From an uncultured delta proteobacterium (lineage in GTDB: Bacteria; Desulfobacterota; Binatia; UBA9968): a stretch of DNA of 64,000 bases. Where the stretch lies: the NCBI GenBank assembly GCA_963727625.1, contig CAVSHR010000005.1, positions 736,001 to 800,000 of the forward strand. The letters run 5' to 3'. Of this stretch, positions 1 through 9,365 are shown piece by piece. Made by a program: the position numbers and the translations under genes. Position 1 is the stretch's first letter. Every line of letters starts with the position of its first letter. The notes below the pieces were generated by a model that searched no databases, was not told where the DNA came from, and was given only the letters and a program-made list of their open reading frames with translations.

Positions 1-215
1 ATCGGCGTTTCGCTCCAATCGCTGTCCTCGGCGCGCCGGAAAAGCAGCGCGCAGGAAATCACTTCGTGACCGTCAACGAAAACATCGGCTTCAACGGCGA
101 CCCGCTCACCTGCTGTGCGCTTGATTGAAAACAGACCGCCGTCGATCTCGGGCACCACGCCTTCGATGACGATGCGGGTTCGCCCTTCATGCAATGGTTT
201 CCATAGTTCTTCCAT
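1..215 (-). CDS. glgE: Alpha-1,4-glucan:maltose-1-phosphate maltosyltransferase, N-terminal part (runs off window edge)
   Basis: Not in the ORF track. Manual translation from ATG at 215 gives MEELWKPLHEGRTRIVIEGVVPEIDGGLFSIKRTAGERVAVEADVFVDGHEVISCALLFR, matching the GlgE N-terminal pattern (R-x-x-I-E-x-V-x-P-E-I-D-G-G...KR..GE...VEAD.F.DGH). Overlaps the treY stop. Confidence 0.85.
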   Translation of the reverse strand, partial: MEELWKPLHEGRTRIVIEGVVPEIDGGLFSIKRTAGERVAVEADVFVDGHEVISCALLFRRAEDSDWSETP

Positions 216-3060
216 CTGAGTTTTCCTTAATGCTCGGCAACTCGCCCGAGGTTTCTTCGTTGCGCAGCAACGCCACCGGAAAATCTTTGAAGACGCCGCC
301 GAGTTCAAGTGTTTTATTCGGCGCCGCAAGCGCCGTTTTCAGAGTATGACCGGTGAGCACGTCGACCCACCGGCCTGGCGCCGAGTCCGGCAAACTAAGA
401 GCTGTGCCGCGCCAAAACTCGTCGCCCAGCGGCGTGCCGCCGCGATAAGCATCTCTGCCGATCAAGCGCGGCACGATCGCCAGTACCCAAGTCTGATCCT
501 TGCGCCGAGCAAAAGCGCAAACCCGATCGGCCATCTCGCCGCTGGCGTGTAACGGCAAATAATCGCCCGTACCGAACAGCTCGCGATGGTCACGGCGAAA
601 GCCCAACAGCTTGTGCAGCAAATAAAGCTTGATCCTGCCATCACGCCATTGGGAAATCAGCTCGCGCAGCAGTGCTGCACGATCTTTCGACTCACTGATC
701 TTGAGCTCGCCCAGCAGGCGCCGCCGGGCGGCGAAATCCACCGGGCGGCGGTTATCCGGATCGACAAAGCTCAGATCCCAGAGCTCCGTTCCCTGAAAGG
801 TGTCCGGGATGCCGGGCGCGACGATTTTCAGCAGTGTTTGCGCCAGCGAATTGAACATGCCGGCGTAAGCGACCTTCTCGACAAAGGGCAGAAACTCGTC
901 GAGGAAACCGTTGTCCGCTGAGGGGGTCAGAATCGCGTCGGCAAATTTCACGAAGGAGGTCTCGTAAGCCAGATCCGGTTTGAGCCATTCCGTGTGCACC
1001 TTGGCTTCCCGCACCGCTTTGATGAGATAAGCGTTGAGTCTTTCCGAAAAGCCCGGGTCGGGCGCGTCTTGCAGCGGATAAGAGCCGATCAAGGTCTGGT
1101 ATAAGAAATATTCGTCATTACGGTCGGGGACTTCGAGGCCTTTAATCTTGCTCTTTTTCGCTCGGTTGGTTCGGCTCCACGATTTGAGCCGATTGTCCCA
1201 CTCCTCCGGCAACTCCGAAAGCAGATTGATTCTCGCGCGTGCGTCCTCACCGCGCTTGCCGTCGTGGGTGGCGGTGGCGTTCATCGTGTAAGGCCAACTC
1301 TTAAGGCGCCGCCGATTAAACTCATGAAACTCCTGCGGCGAGACGCCGAAACGATCCGGGTCGCCTCCGACATCGTTGAGCGAGATCAAGCGATTGTAAA
1401 CGTAGAACGTCGTATCCTCGAAGCCCTTGGCCATCAGCGGCCCGGTCAGCTGCTGGAAGCGCATGACGAAATGGGTCCAGCTGTGTTTTTCTTCATCGCT
1501 GTGATGATTGGCAAAATCGAGCAGTAAAAACCGTTCGATGAACTTGAGTTCGAGCAGCAAGCCGGCGTTAGCGGTCTTGGCGCGTTCGACGGCGGTATTC
1601 AACCAGGCGCGGTCCGCGACGCTGAAGTGGCCCGGGCTGACGTAGCTTCGATAGACTGGAAAAAACGCCAGCACTTCCACCAGGGCACGTTTGAGGCCGT
1701 ACAGGGTCACGTCGGCGGCGTGGCGGTCGCGGCTGGAAACGGTTTTCAACAAATAGGCCAGGCTTTCGATATCGCCGGCCATGTACTTGCCGATGATCAA
1801 GCGTTTTTTCTCGACCAGCAGCGCGCCGCAAGAAGTTTCGCTGTCGGCGAAACGGCTATAAATTTGGCTGAACTTGCGGCGTTGCGCGCGCGCGCAGAAC
1901 AGGCCGTTGACGAAATTTAGAAACTCATAGCCGGTGGTTCCCTGAACCGGCCAATTTTCCGGCAACTCTTCATCGAAGCCAAGAATTTTCTCCACCGCCA
2001 GATAGACGTCGCCGGCGGCGCGGCGCAGTCGTTGCAAATATTCCAGCGGGTCATACAAGCCGTCCACGTGATCGATTCTGAGCCCGGTAAATTGGCCCTC
2101 GCGAGCGAGCTTCATGATCAGCCCATGGGTGTGATTGAAAACTTTCTCGTCCTCCATGCGCAGCGAAATCAGCTCGTTGATGTTGAAAAACCTCCGGTAG
2201 TCGAGCTCCTCCGCCGCGACCTTCCAGAACGACAGGCGATACCATTGCTGCGCCAGCAGCCGCTCGAGCAGGTTGAAGCTTTCCGGCTTGCCTTCGCTGC
2301 CGTTGAAACGGCTGAGATTGGCGTCGAAATGGCGCTTGATCTCCGCGTCGCCGCTATAAAGCTCCCAGAGCATGTGCTTGACGAATGCGATCTGGTCCGC
2401 GCGCTCGCGGCTCTCTTCCTTCGGCGGAATGTTTTTGAGCGTGTAGAGAATTCCCAACAGCTTGATGAAATCCAGATGACTGGCGCCCAGCCGTTTGCGC
2501 AACGCGCCAAGATCATGGGCGATCACGTCGGCGTAGGATTCGATGTTGACGGGAAACTGCATCGAAGCATAACGGATGCTCAAGCCGTTCTGATCATAGT
2601 TCAGCGTGATCTCGCCGTGCTCCAGACAATCGCCGTAGAATCCGCCGAGGAACGGCGCCAAAATCTTACCTTTCATGCTGTCGTAGGGGTGATTCCAATC
2701 GACATCGAAGAAATCGTAATACGGCGACGCCGGGCCGTTTTCGAGCACGTCCATGAGCATGTGATTTTGCCGGTCATAGGCCATGTGATTGGGCACGATA
2801 TCCTGAAGCCAGCCGAGATCGCGTTGGCGCGCCGCATCAGTCAACGCGTTGAAATCGGCGGCGCTACCAAGCTCGGGATTGAGCCGGTTCGGATCGACCA
2901 CGTCGTAGCCATGCTCGCTGCCCTGTCGGGCATGAAAGATCGGCGAGGCATAGATATCGCTAATGCCCAGCGCTTCAAGATAGTCGAGGATTGCCTTCGC
3001 GTCCTTGAAACCGAAGGATGGTGTAAACTGCAATCGGTAGGTCGACGCGGGTATTCTCAT
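187..3060 (-). CDS. treY: Malto-oligosyltrehalose synthase (GH13)
   Basis: 957 aa; IPASTYRLQF start, GSEHGYDVVD, DIVPNHMA, YRRFFNINEL, GLRIDHVDGL, VEKIL, ATHDGKRGED, DPDNRRPVD motifs. Confidence 0.95.
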   Translation of the reverse strand: MRIPASTYRLQFTPSFGFKDAKAILDYLEALGISDIYASPIFHARQGSEHGYDVVDPNRLNPELGSAADFNALTDAARQRDLGWLQDIVPNHMAYDRQNHMLMDVLENGPASPYYDFFDVDWNHPYDSMKGKILAPFLGGFYGDCLEHGEITLNYDQNGLSIRYASMQFPVNIESYADVIAHDLGALRKRLGASHLDFIKLLGILYTLKNIPPKEESRERADQIAFVKHMLWELYSGDAEIKRHFDANLSRFNGSEGKPESFNLLERLLAQQWYRLSFWKVAAEELDYRRFFNINELISLRMEDEKVFNHTHGLIMKLAREGQFTGLRIDHVDGLYDPLEYLQRLRRAAGDVYLAVEKILGFDEELPENWPVQGTTGYEFLNFVNGLFCARAQRRKFSQIYSRFADSETSCGALLVEKKRLIIGKYMAGDIESLAYLLKTVSSRDRHAADVTLYGLKRALVEVLAFFPVYRSYVSPGHFSVADRAWLNTAVERAKTANAGLLLELKFIERFLLLDFANHHSDEEKHSWTHFVMRFQQLTGPLMAKGFEDTTFYVYNRLISLNDVGGDPDRFGVSPQEFHEFNRRRLKSWPYTMNATATHDGKRGEDARARINLLSELPEEWDNRLKSWSRTNRAKKSKIKGLEVPDRNDEYFLYQTLIGSYPLQDAPDPGFSERLNAYLIKAVREAKVHTEWLKPDLAYETSFVKFADAILTPSADNGFLDEFLPFVEKVAYAGMFNSLAQTLLKIVAPGIPDTFQGTELWDLSFVDPDNRRPVDFAARRRLLGELKISESKDRAALLRELISQWRDGRIKLYLLHKLLGFRRDHRELFGTGDYLPLHASGEMADRVCAFARRKDQTWVLAIVPRLIGRDAYRGGTPLGDEFWRGTALSLPDSAPGRWVDVLTGHTLKTALAAPNKTLELGGVFKDFPVALLRNEETSGELPSIKENSDGRTMETIA

Positions 3061-5267
3061 AGCAGCGCGCCATTCTTTCTTCCGCGCCTTGAGCGTCGCG
3101 TCACGACGCGGGGCTCACTCTTTTCGGCGTCCGCTTCAACGTTTTTCGGCAAGCGCATCAATACCAGTGAACGGGAACTGATCTCGTACGGCTCGCCGCC
3201 GCGCACTCGCCGCGGTTTTCTGACGTCCAGGCTCGTATCATAGGTGTCAAAAATCACTTGCCAACGCAGCTTGCGCCGATGGGCCGGCAAGGTGAACGAA
3301 ACCGCTTCGTGGTGCGCGTTGAGGAGAATTAGCAATGTGTCGTCGACGATTCGGTTGCCCCGGCCATCCCGCTCCTCGATGGCGTCGCCGGCGAGGCGCA
3401 GCGCGAAGCAACGCGTCTCGGGATTGCTCCACTCCTCGTCGCTCATCTCTCTTCCGTCGGGACGAAACCAGGCAAGGTCTTTCACCTCCGAGCCGCGAAT
3501 GTGCCGGCCTTGAAAAAAGTTGCGGCGCCGGAGCACCGGATGGGCACGCACCAGTCGAATCATAAAGCGCGTGAATTCAAGCAGCTCGCGCCGCGGCCGA
3601 TCCAATTGCCAATCGATCCAGGAAAGCTCGTTGTCTTGGCAATAGGCATTGTTGTTGCCTTTTTGGGTTCGCCCAAATTCATCGCCCGACAAGAGCATCT
3701 GCACACCCTGGGACAAAAACAGCGTCGCCAGGAAATTCCGTTTTTGCCGCTCGCGCAGTGTCAGCACTTGCGGGGCGTTGGTTTCGCCTTCCACGCCGCA
3801 GTTCCAGCTGAGATTGTCGTTGTGGCCGTCGCGGTTTTCTTCGCCGTTGGCCTCGTTATGCTTGTCGTTGTAGCTGACCAGGTCATTGAGCGTGAAGCCG
3901 TCGTGGGCAGTAATGAAATTAATGCTGGCGTAGGGTAACCGGCCGTTGTGTGCATAGAGATCGCTCGACCCTGTGAGGCGAAAGCCGAGGCCGCCGACTT
4001 GGCCGCCGTCGCCTTTCCAGAAGTGCCGCACGGTATCGCGGTAAGCCGCATTCCATTCGCCCCAGAGAACCGGGAAATTGCCCACCTGATAACCGCCCGG
4101 TCCCAGGTCCCAGGGTTCAGCGATCAGTTTTACCTGAGAGAGGATCGGGTCCTGCTGAATGATGTCGAAGAACGCGCCGAGACGATCGACGTCGTGCAGC
4201 TCGCGCGCTAAAGTTGAAGCCAAATCGAATCGGAAACCGTCCACGTGCATCTCCATCACCCAGTAGCGCAGGCTGTCCATGATCATCTGAAGCACGCGCG
4301 GATGGGTCATATCGAGTGTATTGCCGCAACCGGTGTAGTCCATGTAGTAGTGCCGGTCGTTCTCCACCAGTCGGTAGTACGAAGCATTGTCGATGCCGCG
4401 GAAGCACAGCGTCGGGCCCATGCGGTTGCCTTCACCGGTGTGGTTGTAGACAACATCCAAGATGACTTCGATGCCTTCGCGATGCAGCGCCCGCACCATG
4501 CTTTTAAATTCTGTGACCTGCTGGCCGATGACCCCGGCGCTCGCATAGCGCACGTCGGGCGCGAAGAAACCGATTGAATTGTAGCCCCAATAATTGGTCA
4601 GACCGCGGTCTTTCAAGTGCTTGTCGGCGACGAACTGATGCACCGGCATCAATTCCACCGCGGTGATGCCAAGGCCCTTGAGGTAATCGATGACCTCCGG
4701 ACAGGTGAGCGCGGCATAGGTGCCGCGCAGCTCCGGCGGCACCGCCGGATGGCGCATGGTGAAGCCTTTGACGTGCAGCTCGTAAATGATCGTCTCGTGC
4801 CAGGGTGTGTTCGGCGGCGCGTCGTTGCCCCAACTGAACGCCGGATCGACGACCACGCATTTGGGTATTCCCGGGGCGCTGTCGGTATTGCTGCGCGAAA
4901 GATCTTGGTCCCTATGGCCGATGGCGTAGCCGAATAGCGCGTCGCTCCACTGAATCGTGCCGGCGATCGCCTTGGCGTAAGGGTCTAAAAGCAATTTCGC
5001 AGGATTGAAGCGATGACCAGATCGGGGTTCGAAGGGACCATGCACGCGATAACCGTAAAACTGCCCGGGCCGCGCCTCAGGCAAATAAAGATGCCAAACC
5101 TGATGCGTTTGCTCCCTGACCGGGATGCGGGTTTCCCGCTGCGCATCGGCGCCGTCGAACAAGCAGAGCTCGACCTTGGTCGCGTTCTCGGAAAAAAGCG
5201 AGAAATTCACCCCGGCACCGTCCCAGGTCGCGCCCAGCGGATAGGGTTTCCCCTGCCAGATCTTCAT
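3057..5267 (-). CDS. glgX: Glycogen debranching enzyme (isoamylase type)
   Basis: Probable start MKIWQGKPYPLGATWDG at 5267 (ORF track extends to 5393 into treZ). NYWGYN, DVVYNHT, GFRFDLA, AEPWD, TAHDGFTL, GNNNAYCQD motifs. ATGA overlap with treY. Confidence 0.95.
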   Translation of the reverse strand: MKIWQGKPYPLGATWDGAGVNFSLFSENATKVELCLFDGADAQRETRIPVREQTHQVWHLYLPEARPGQFYGYRVHGPFEPRSGHRFNPAKLLLDPYAKAIAGTIQWSDALFGYAIGHRDQDLSRSNTDSAPGIPKCVVVDPAFSWGNDAPPNTPWHETIIYELHVKGFTMRHPAVPPELRGTYAALTCPEVIDYLKGLGITAVELMPVHQFVADKHLKDRGLTNYWGYNSIGFFAPDVRYASAGVIGQQVTEFKSMVRALHREGIEVILDVVYNHTGEGNRMGPTLCFRGIDNASYYRLVENDRHYYMDYTGCGNTLDMTHPRVLQMIMDSLRYWVMEMHVDGFRFDLASTLARELHDVDRLGAFFDIIQQDPILSQVKLIAEPWDLGPGGYQVGNFPVLWGEWNAAYRDTVRHFWKGDGGQVGGLGFRLTGSSDLYAHNGRLPYASINFITAHDGFTLNDLVSYNDKHNEANGEENRDGHNDNLSWNCGVEGETNAPQVLTLRERQKRNFLATLFLSQGVQMLLSGDEFGRTQKGNNNAYCQDNELSWIDWQLDRPRRELLEFTRFMIRLVRAHPVLRRRNFFQGRHIRGSEVKDLAWFRPDGREMSDEEWSNPETRCFALRLAGDAIEERDGRGNRIVDDTLLILLNAHHEAVSFTLPAHRRKLRWQVIFDTYDTSLDVRKPRRVRGGEPYEISSRSLVLMRLPKNVEADAEKSEPRVVTRRSRRGRKNGALL

Positions 5268-5298
5268 GTAGCCTTCAATAATCGCGCTCGCCTTAGGC

Positions 5299-7146
5299 TC
5301 ACGCACTCGTTTCACTTCGAAAAAGCGCCAGCGAGCGTGCCGGCAGCGTAAATCGCTGTGATGCGCCACCCTTGATTTCGTCGGGCAGCACACTGCCGGC
5401 GCCGCGCCATTCGGGCTCCGCCGAATCGATGATCTTGAGCCAGCGTCCCGCTGGTACGGACAGTTCGACGGACGCCGCGGCCAAATCCAAATTAGCGATC
5501 ATGAGCGCGCGATCGTCGCCGCTCCGGCGCTGTACCAGCAACAATTTTGTTTCTTCAACCGCCGTGACGTCCATGTTTTGCTTGGTCAACTCGGCGAGAG
5601 CGGGCGTGGTCTTTCGCAACCGGATCAGCTCGCGATAAAAATCCAACAAGACTTTATGCTCGCCGGTGTTCGCTAATTCATGACGCAGCTTCGCGCTGAC
5701 AAACGTCGCCTCGTCCTGCGGATCGGGGATCTCGCCTTGCCATTCGAAGCTGGCAAATTCCATGCGCCGGCCGCGCCGCACCGCTTCTATGAGCCCGGCA
5801 TCGGAATGGCTGACAAAGTAAGGAAACGGCGCCTGCTCACGGTATTCTTCGCCCATGAATAAAAGCGGAAGGTATGGCGACAAAATGACCAAACCAGCAG
5901 CAAGCTTGAGATTCTCGAAAGACACCGTCTCGGTCAAACGGTCGCCGCGCATGCGGTTGCCGACCTGATCATGGTTTTGCGCGAACACCACGAAGCGCTG
6001 CGCCGGCAGATCGCGCGACGAGCTGCCATGGCGATGGCGGCGAAACTCGGAGTACTCGCCCGAATAGGCGAAGCCTTCGCGATAGGCTTTGACCAGTTGG
6101 GCGATCTCACCGTAGTCGCGGTAGTAACCGTTTCTTTCGCCCGTGAGCAAAGCGCGCAGGCAATGATGAAAATCATCGTTCCACTGCGCATCCAGACCGT
6201 ATCCGCCGCGCTCGCGCTCGCGCACCAAACGAGCGTCGTTGGTCGCGCTTTCAGCGATCAGAAACATGCGCCGGTTGAGCCGCTCCGCTTCGGCATGAAC
6301 GGCAACGGCCAATTCTTCGAGAAAAGTAAACGGCGAATGGTCGAGAATCGCGTGCACCGCGTCGAGGCGCAACGCATCGACGTGAAAATCGACAAGCCAA
6401 TGAAGCGCATTTTGGATGAAAAACTGGCGCACCTCGTCGCTCTGCGGGCCGTCGAAATTGAGCGCCGCTCCCCACGGTGTCTGGTAGCGCTCGGTAAAAT
6501 ACGGTCCGAAGTCCGAGAGGTAATTGCCCTCCGGTCCGAGGTGGTTGTAGACCACGTCTAAAATCACGGCGAGACCGCGCTGGTGACAGGCGTCGATCAG
6601 CCTTTTTAAACCTACAGGTCCGCCGTAGGAATTTTGCGCGGCGAACGGCAACACGCCGTCGTAGCCCCAGTTTCGCGCGCCGGGAAATTGCGCCACCGGC
6701 ATGAGCTCTATCGCCGTGATGCCGACGTCCTTCAAATAATCGAGAAATGGAATAACCGCCTCGAAGGTGCCCGCCGGCGAAAAACAGCCGACATGAAGCT
6801 CATAAATAACGTAATTTTCGAGTGCGATGCCGGACCAGTCGGTATCGCTCCAGCGAAACTCATCTTCGAGGACGGCCGACGGTCCATGCACGCCCTGCGG
6901 TTGGAATCGCGATGCCGGATCGGGACGCTGCTTATCCGGCCCTAAATGGTAAAGATAGGGATCGCCCGGATGAACGTCTTCGACCACCGTTTCATAATAA
7001 CCGCGCCCGGTTCGTTCCAGCGGGATCAGCCGATCGGTTCTCAGCAGCCGCACGCCAAGCTGAGCGATCGACGGCGCCCAAACCCGAAAGCGGCACGTAT
7101 TCTTGCCCAGGTAATTAGCACCGAGTCTGTTCAGGATTTGCTCCAT
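5299..7146 (-). CDS. treZ: Malto-oligosyltrehalose trehalohydrolase
   Basis: FRVWAP, PDPASRFQPQGVHGPS, NWGYDGV, LRLDAVH, QNHDQVGNR, IPDPQDEATF motifs. Confidence 0.95.
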   Translation of the reverse strand: MEQILNRLGANYLGKNTCRFRVWAPSIAQLGVRLLRTDRLIPLERTGRGYYETVVEDVHPGDPYLYHLGPDKQRPDPASRFQPQGVHGPSAVLEDEFRWSDTDWSGIALENYVIYELHVGCFSPAGTFEAVIPFLDYLKDVGITAIELMPVAQFPGARNWGYDGVLPFAAQNSYGGPVGLKRLIDACHQRGLAVILDVVYNHLGPEGNYLSDFGPYFTERYQTPWGAALNFDGPQSDEVRQFFIQNALHWLVDFHVDALRLDAVHAILDHSPFTFLEELAVAVHAEAERLNRRMFLIAESATNDARLVRERERGGYGLDAQWNDDFHHCLRALLTGERNGYYRDYGEIAQLVKAYREGFAYSGEYSEFRRHRHGSSSRDLPAQRFVVFAQNHDQVGNRMRGDRLTETVSFENLKLAAGLVILSPYLPLLFMGEEYREQAPFPYFVSHSDAGLIEAVRRGRRMEFASFEWQGEIPDPQDEATFVSAKLRHELANTGEHKVLLDFYRELIRLRKTTPALAELTKQNMDVTAVEETKLLLVQRRSGDDRALMIANLDLAAASVELSVPAGRWLKIIDSAEPEWRGAGSVLPDEIKGGASQRFTLPARSLALFRSETSA

Positions 7147-7662
7147 TGAAAAGTTTCGATTTTTCCGCCCAGCCGGTCAGCTTGAACAACGATGAAAAGC
7201 ACCGCTGGCGCAAAGCCAAGTGCGATTTTTCCGTTTTCGTCCACAAGCCCAATAATAATAAAATTTGACGCTAAAAAAATACGCTGCAGCGGATAAATTG
7301 CGGCGCTCGGTCGCGTCCCAATCACAGCTCCCAGGTTTCTAAACGGCCTTTGGAAAGAATCGACTTCTCGACGTGCGCTAAGACAACTTGTCTCTTTTCG
7401 CCAGTGTCCCTATCGGCACTCACCGAACCCAACGTCCGCGCTCAATTCGAGCGGAGACTGAGATTTTTTCGCTCGAGGAGTTTAGTTTACACTATCTTGA
7501 GCTTCAGGCAACGCCGAAACGTATCGTCATCGGCGGTGGTTGTTCTCCATGCTCACCGTGAGTTCCCGCGTTACCCACGCGAAGGCTGTATTTACGGGCG
7601 ACGGCAGGTCTTGAGCCGCGCTTGACCGATCCTGCAACGATCGAATAGGGTAGGGATGGACA

Positions 7663-9072
7663 ATGGATGACACGACTTCCAAGCCGATCGCCAGCATTTT
7701 GTACGTCGAAGACGATTTAGCCTCGGGACGGCTAGCGCATGCCATCGTCGAGCGCGAAGGTTATGCCGTCAAAGTAGTGTCAACCGGACAAGAGTTTTTG
7801 AAAGCTCTCGCAGAGAACAAACCGGATTTGATCCTGGTCGATCTCCACTTGCCCGACGCATCGGGATTGGATCTGCTGGCAAAATCGCGCCTTCGTTATC
7901 CGGAAGTGCCGGTGATCGTCGTGACCGCGTCCAACGCGGTGAGCGACGTGGTCAGTGCCCTCAAAGGCGGCGCCACCGATTATGTTACCAAGCCGGTGGA
8001 CCATCAACGGCTCATCGTCTCTTTGGCCAACGCGCTAAAATTGCTGCGCCATCAGCAAGACCTTGCCAAGCTCCGCTCCGAGCTCAATGAAACCTATCGG
8101 CTCGAACATATCATAGGCAGCGGGCCCGCCATGGAAAATGTTCGCCATATGATTCGTCAAGCAGCACCGAGCGATGCCACGGTGATGATCCTGGGCGAGA
8201 GCGGCACCGGAAAAGAGCTGGTTGCCCGGGCGCTGCATCACGCGAGCCCAAGAGCCGGCAAGCCCTTCGTCGACGTTAACTGCGCCGCGCTTACCGAGAC
8301 TTTGATCGAAAGCGAACTTTTCGGTCACGAACGGGGCGCCTTTACCAGCGCGATTTCCCGGCGCCGCGGTAAATTCGAACAGGCCAACAGCGGCTCGCTG
8401 TTTCTCGACGAGATCGGCGACATGCCGTTGTCGACCCAGGGGAAAATTTTGCGCGTCTTGCAGGAACGCAGCTTTCAGCGGGTCGGCGGCGAGGACCATA
8501 TCACGGTCAATGTGCGCGTGATTTGCGCGACCAACCGCAATATCGAGGAAGCGGTTCAAACCGGCGCGTTCCGAGACGATCTATTTTATCGCATCAACCT
8601 GTTCGCCATCGAAGTGCCGCCACTGCGCGAGCGCATCGCCGACATCCCCGAGCTGGCGCGCCATTTTTTGGCGGTGAGCAGCCGGTCCGGCAAATACCCT
8701 GCGCGCATTCTCTCGGATGCTGCCATTGCCGCGCTGTGCGAACATCGCTGGCCGGGAAACGTCCGCGAGCTGCAAAATACCATCGAGAGAGCGATGATGG
8801 TATGTCCCGACGAGGAGATTCAAGTCTCGCACCTGCCCGCGACGGTGCTGCAGCGTCCGCGCGGCAATTCCCAATCGGCGCAATCTGTTTCGTCCAAGCC
8901 AAGCCAAAATTTAGTTGAAGCGGTGGAAGCGTTCGAGCGCGCGAAGATCATCGAAGCCTTGGAAAAGTGCGATTGGAACAAAACTCAAGCGGCGCGCCAG
9001 CTCGGTGTCACCCGGCGGATTTTGTCATACAAAATGACTACCCTCGGCATCGAAAAAGCACCCACCGAGTAG
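7663..9072 (+). CDS. Sigma54-dependent response regulator (NtrC/AtoC family: REC-AAA+-Fis HTH)
   Basis: REC (YVEDD...LVDLHLPD...KP), GESGTGKE Walker A, ESELFGHERGAFTSA, LFLDEIGD, WPGNVRELQN, C-terminal NKTQAARQLGVTRRIL HTH. Confidence 0.93.
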   Translation: MDDTTSKPIASILYVEDDLASGRLAHAIVEREGYAVKVVSTGQEFLKALAENKPDLILVDLHLPDASGLDLLAKSRLRYPEVPVIVVTASNAVSDVVSALKGGATDYVTKPVDHQRLIVSLANALKLLRHQQDLAKLRSELNETYRLEHIIGSGPAMENVRHMIRQAAPSDATVMILGESGTGKELVARALHHASPRAGKPFVDVNCAALTETLIESELFGHERGAFTSAISRRRGKFEQANSGSLFLDEIGDMPLSTQGKILRVLQERSFQRVGGEDHITVNVRVICATNRNIEEAVQTGAFRDDLFYRINLFAIEVPPLRERIADIPELARHFLAVSSRSGKYPARILSDAAIAALCEHRWPGNVRELQNTIERAMMVCPDEEIQVSHLPATVLQRPRGNSQSAQSVSSKPSQNLVEAVEAFERAKIIEALEKCDWNKTQAARQLGVTRRILSYKMTTLGIEKAPTE

Positions 9073-9268
9073 TCCCAAAAGCTCCCGGCAAACCTGCCAA
9101 AGCATCTATCCCGCACCGGCGAATCTAATGGTGATTTTCGCTGGCTTTGCGTCGAAATGTCCAATTTTGTCCGTTTTTGTAAGATTAAGTTCGATCCACG
9201 TTTAAAATTATTCATCCCTTTTCGCCAAAATAGTCGGAAATTCAAGAACTTGACAGCAACTACGCCAC

Positions 9269-9285
9269 TTGGCTCGGTGGTTGCT
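9269..9285 (+). promoter_or_regulatory. Sigma54 (-24/-12) promoter upstream of the kinase cluster
   Basis: TTGGCTCGGTGGTTGCT = GG-N10-GC, close to YTGGCACG-N4-TTGCW. IHF-like ATTCAAGAACTTG ~30 bp upstream, and TGTCC repeats ~100 bp upstream (possible activator sites). Confidence 0.7.
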
Positions 9286-9365
9286 TTTTGATCGTTTGGT
9301 CGTGATTTATAAGCCCGCCAATTCCTGTGCGTGGCTAGTGACAAGGGAGTCAGGCAAATCTCGAT

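Noticed and set aside
2032-3243. 403-aa plus-strand ORF antisense to treY/glgX
   Set aside because: Shadow ORF from GC-biased codon usage; no motifs; fully overlaps confident genes.
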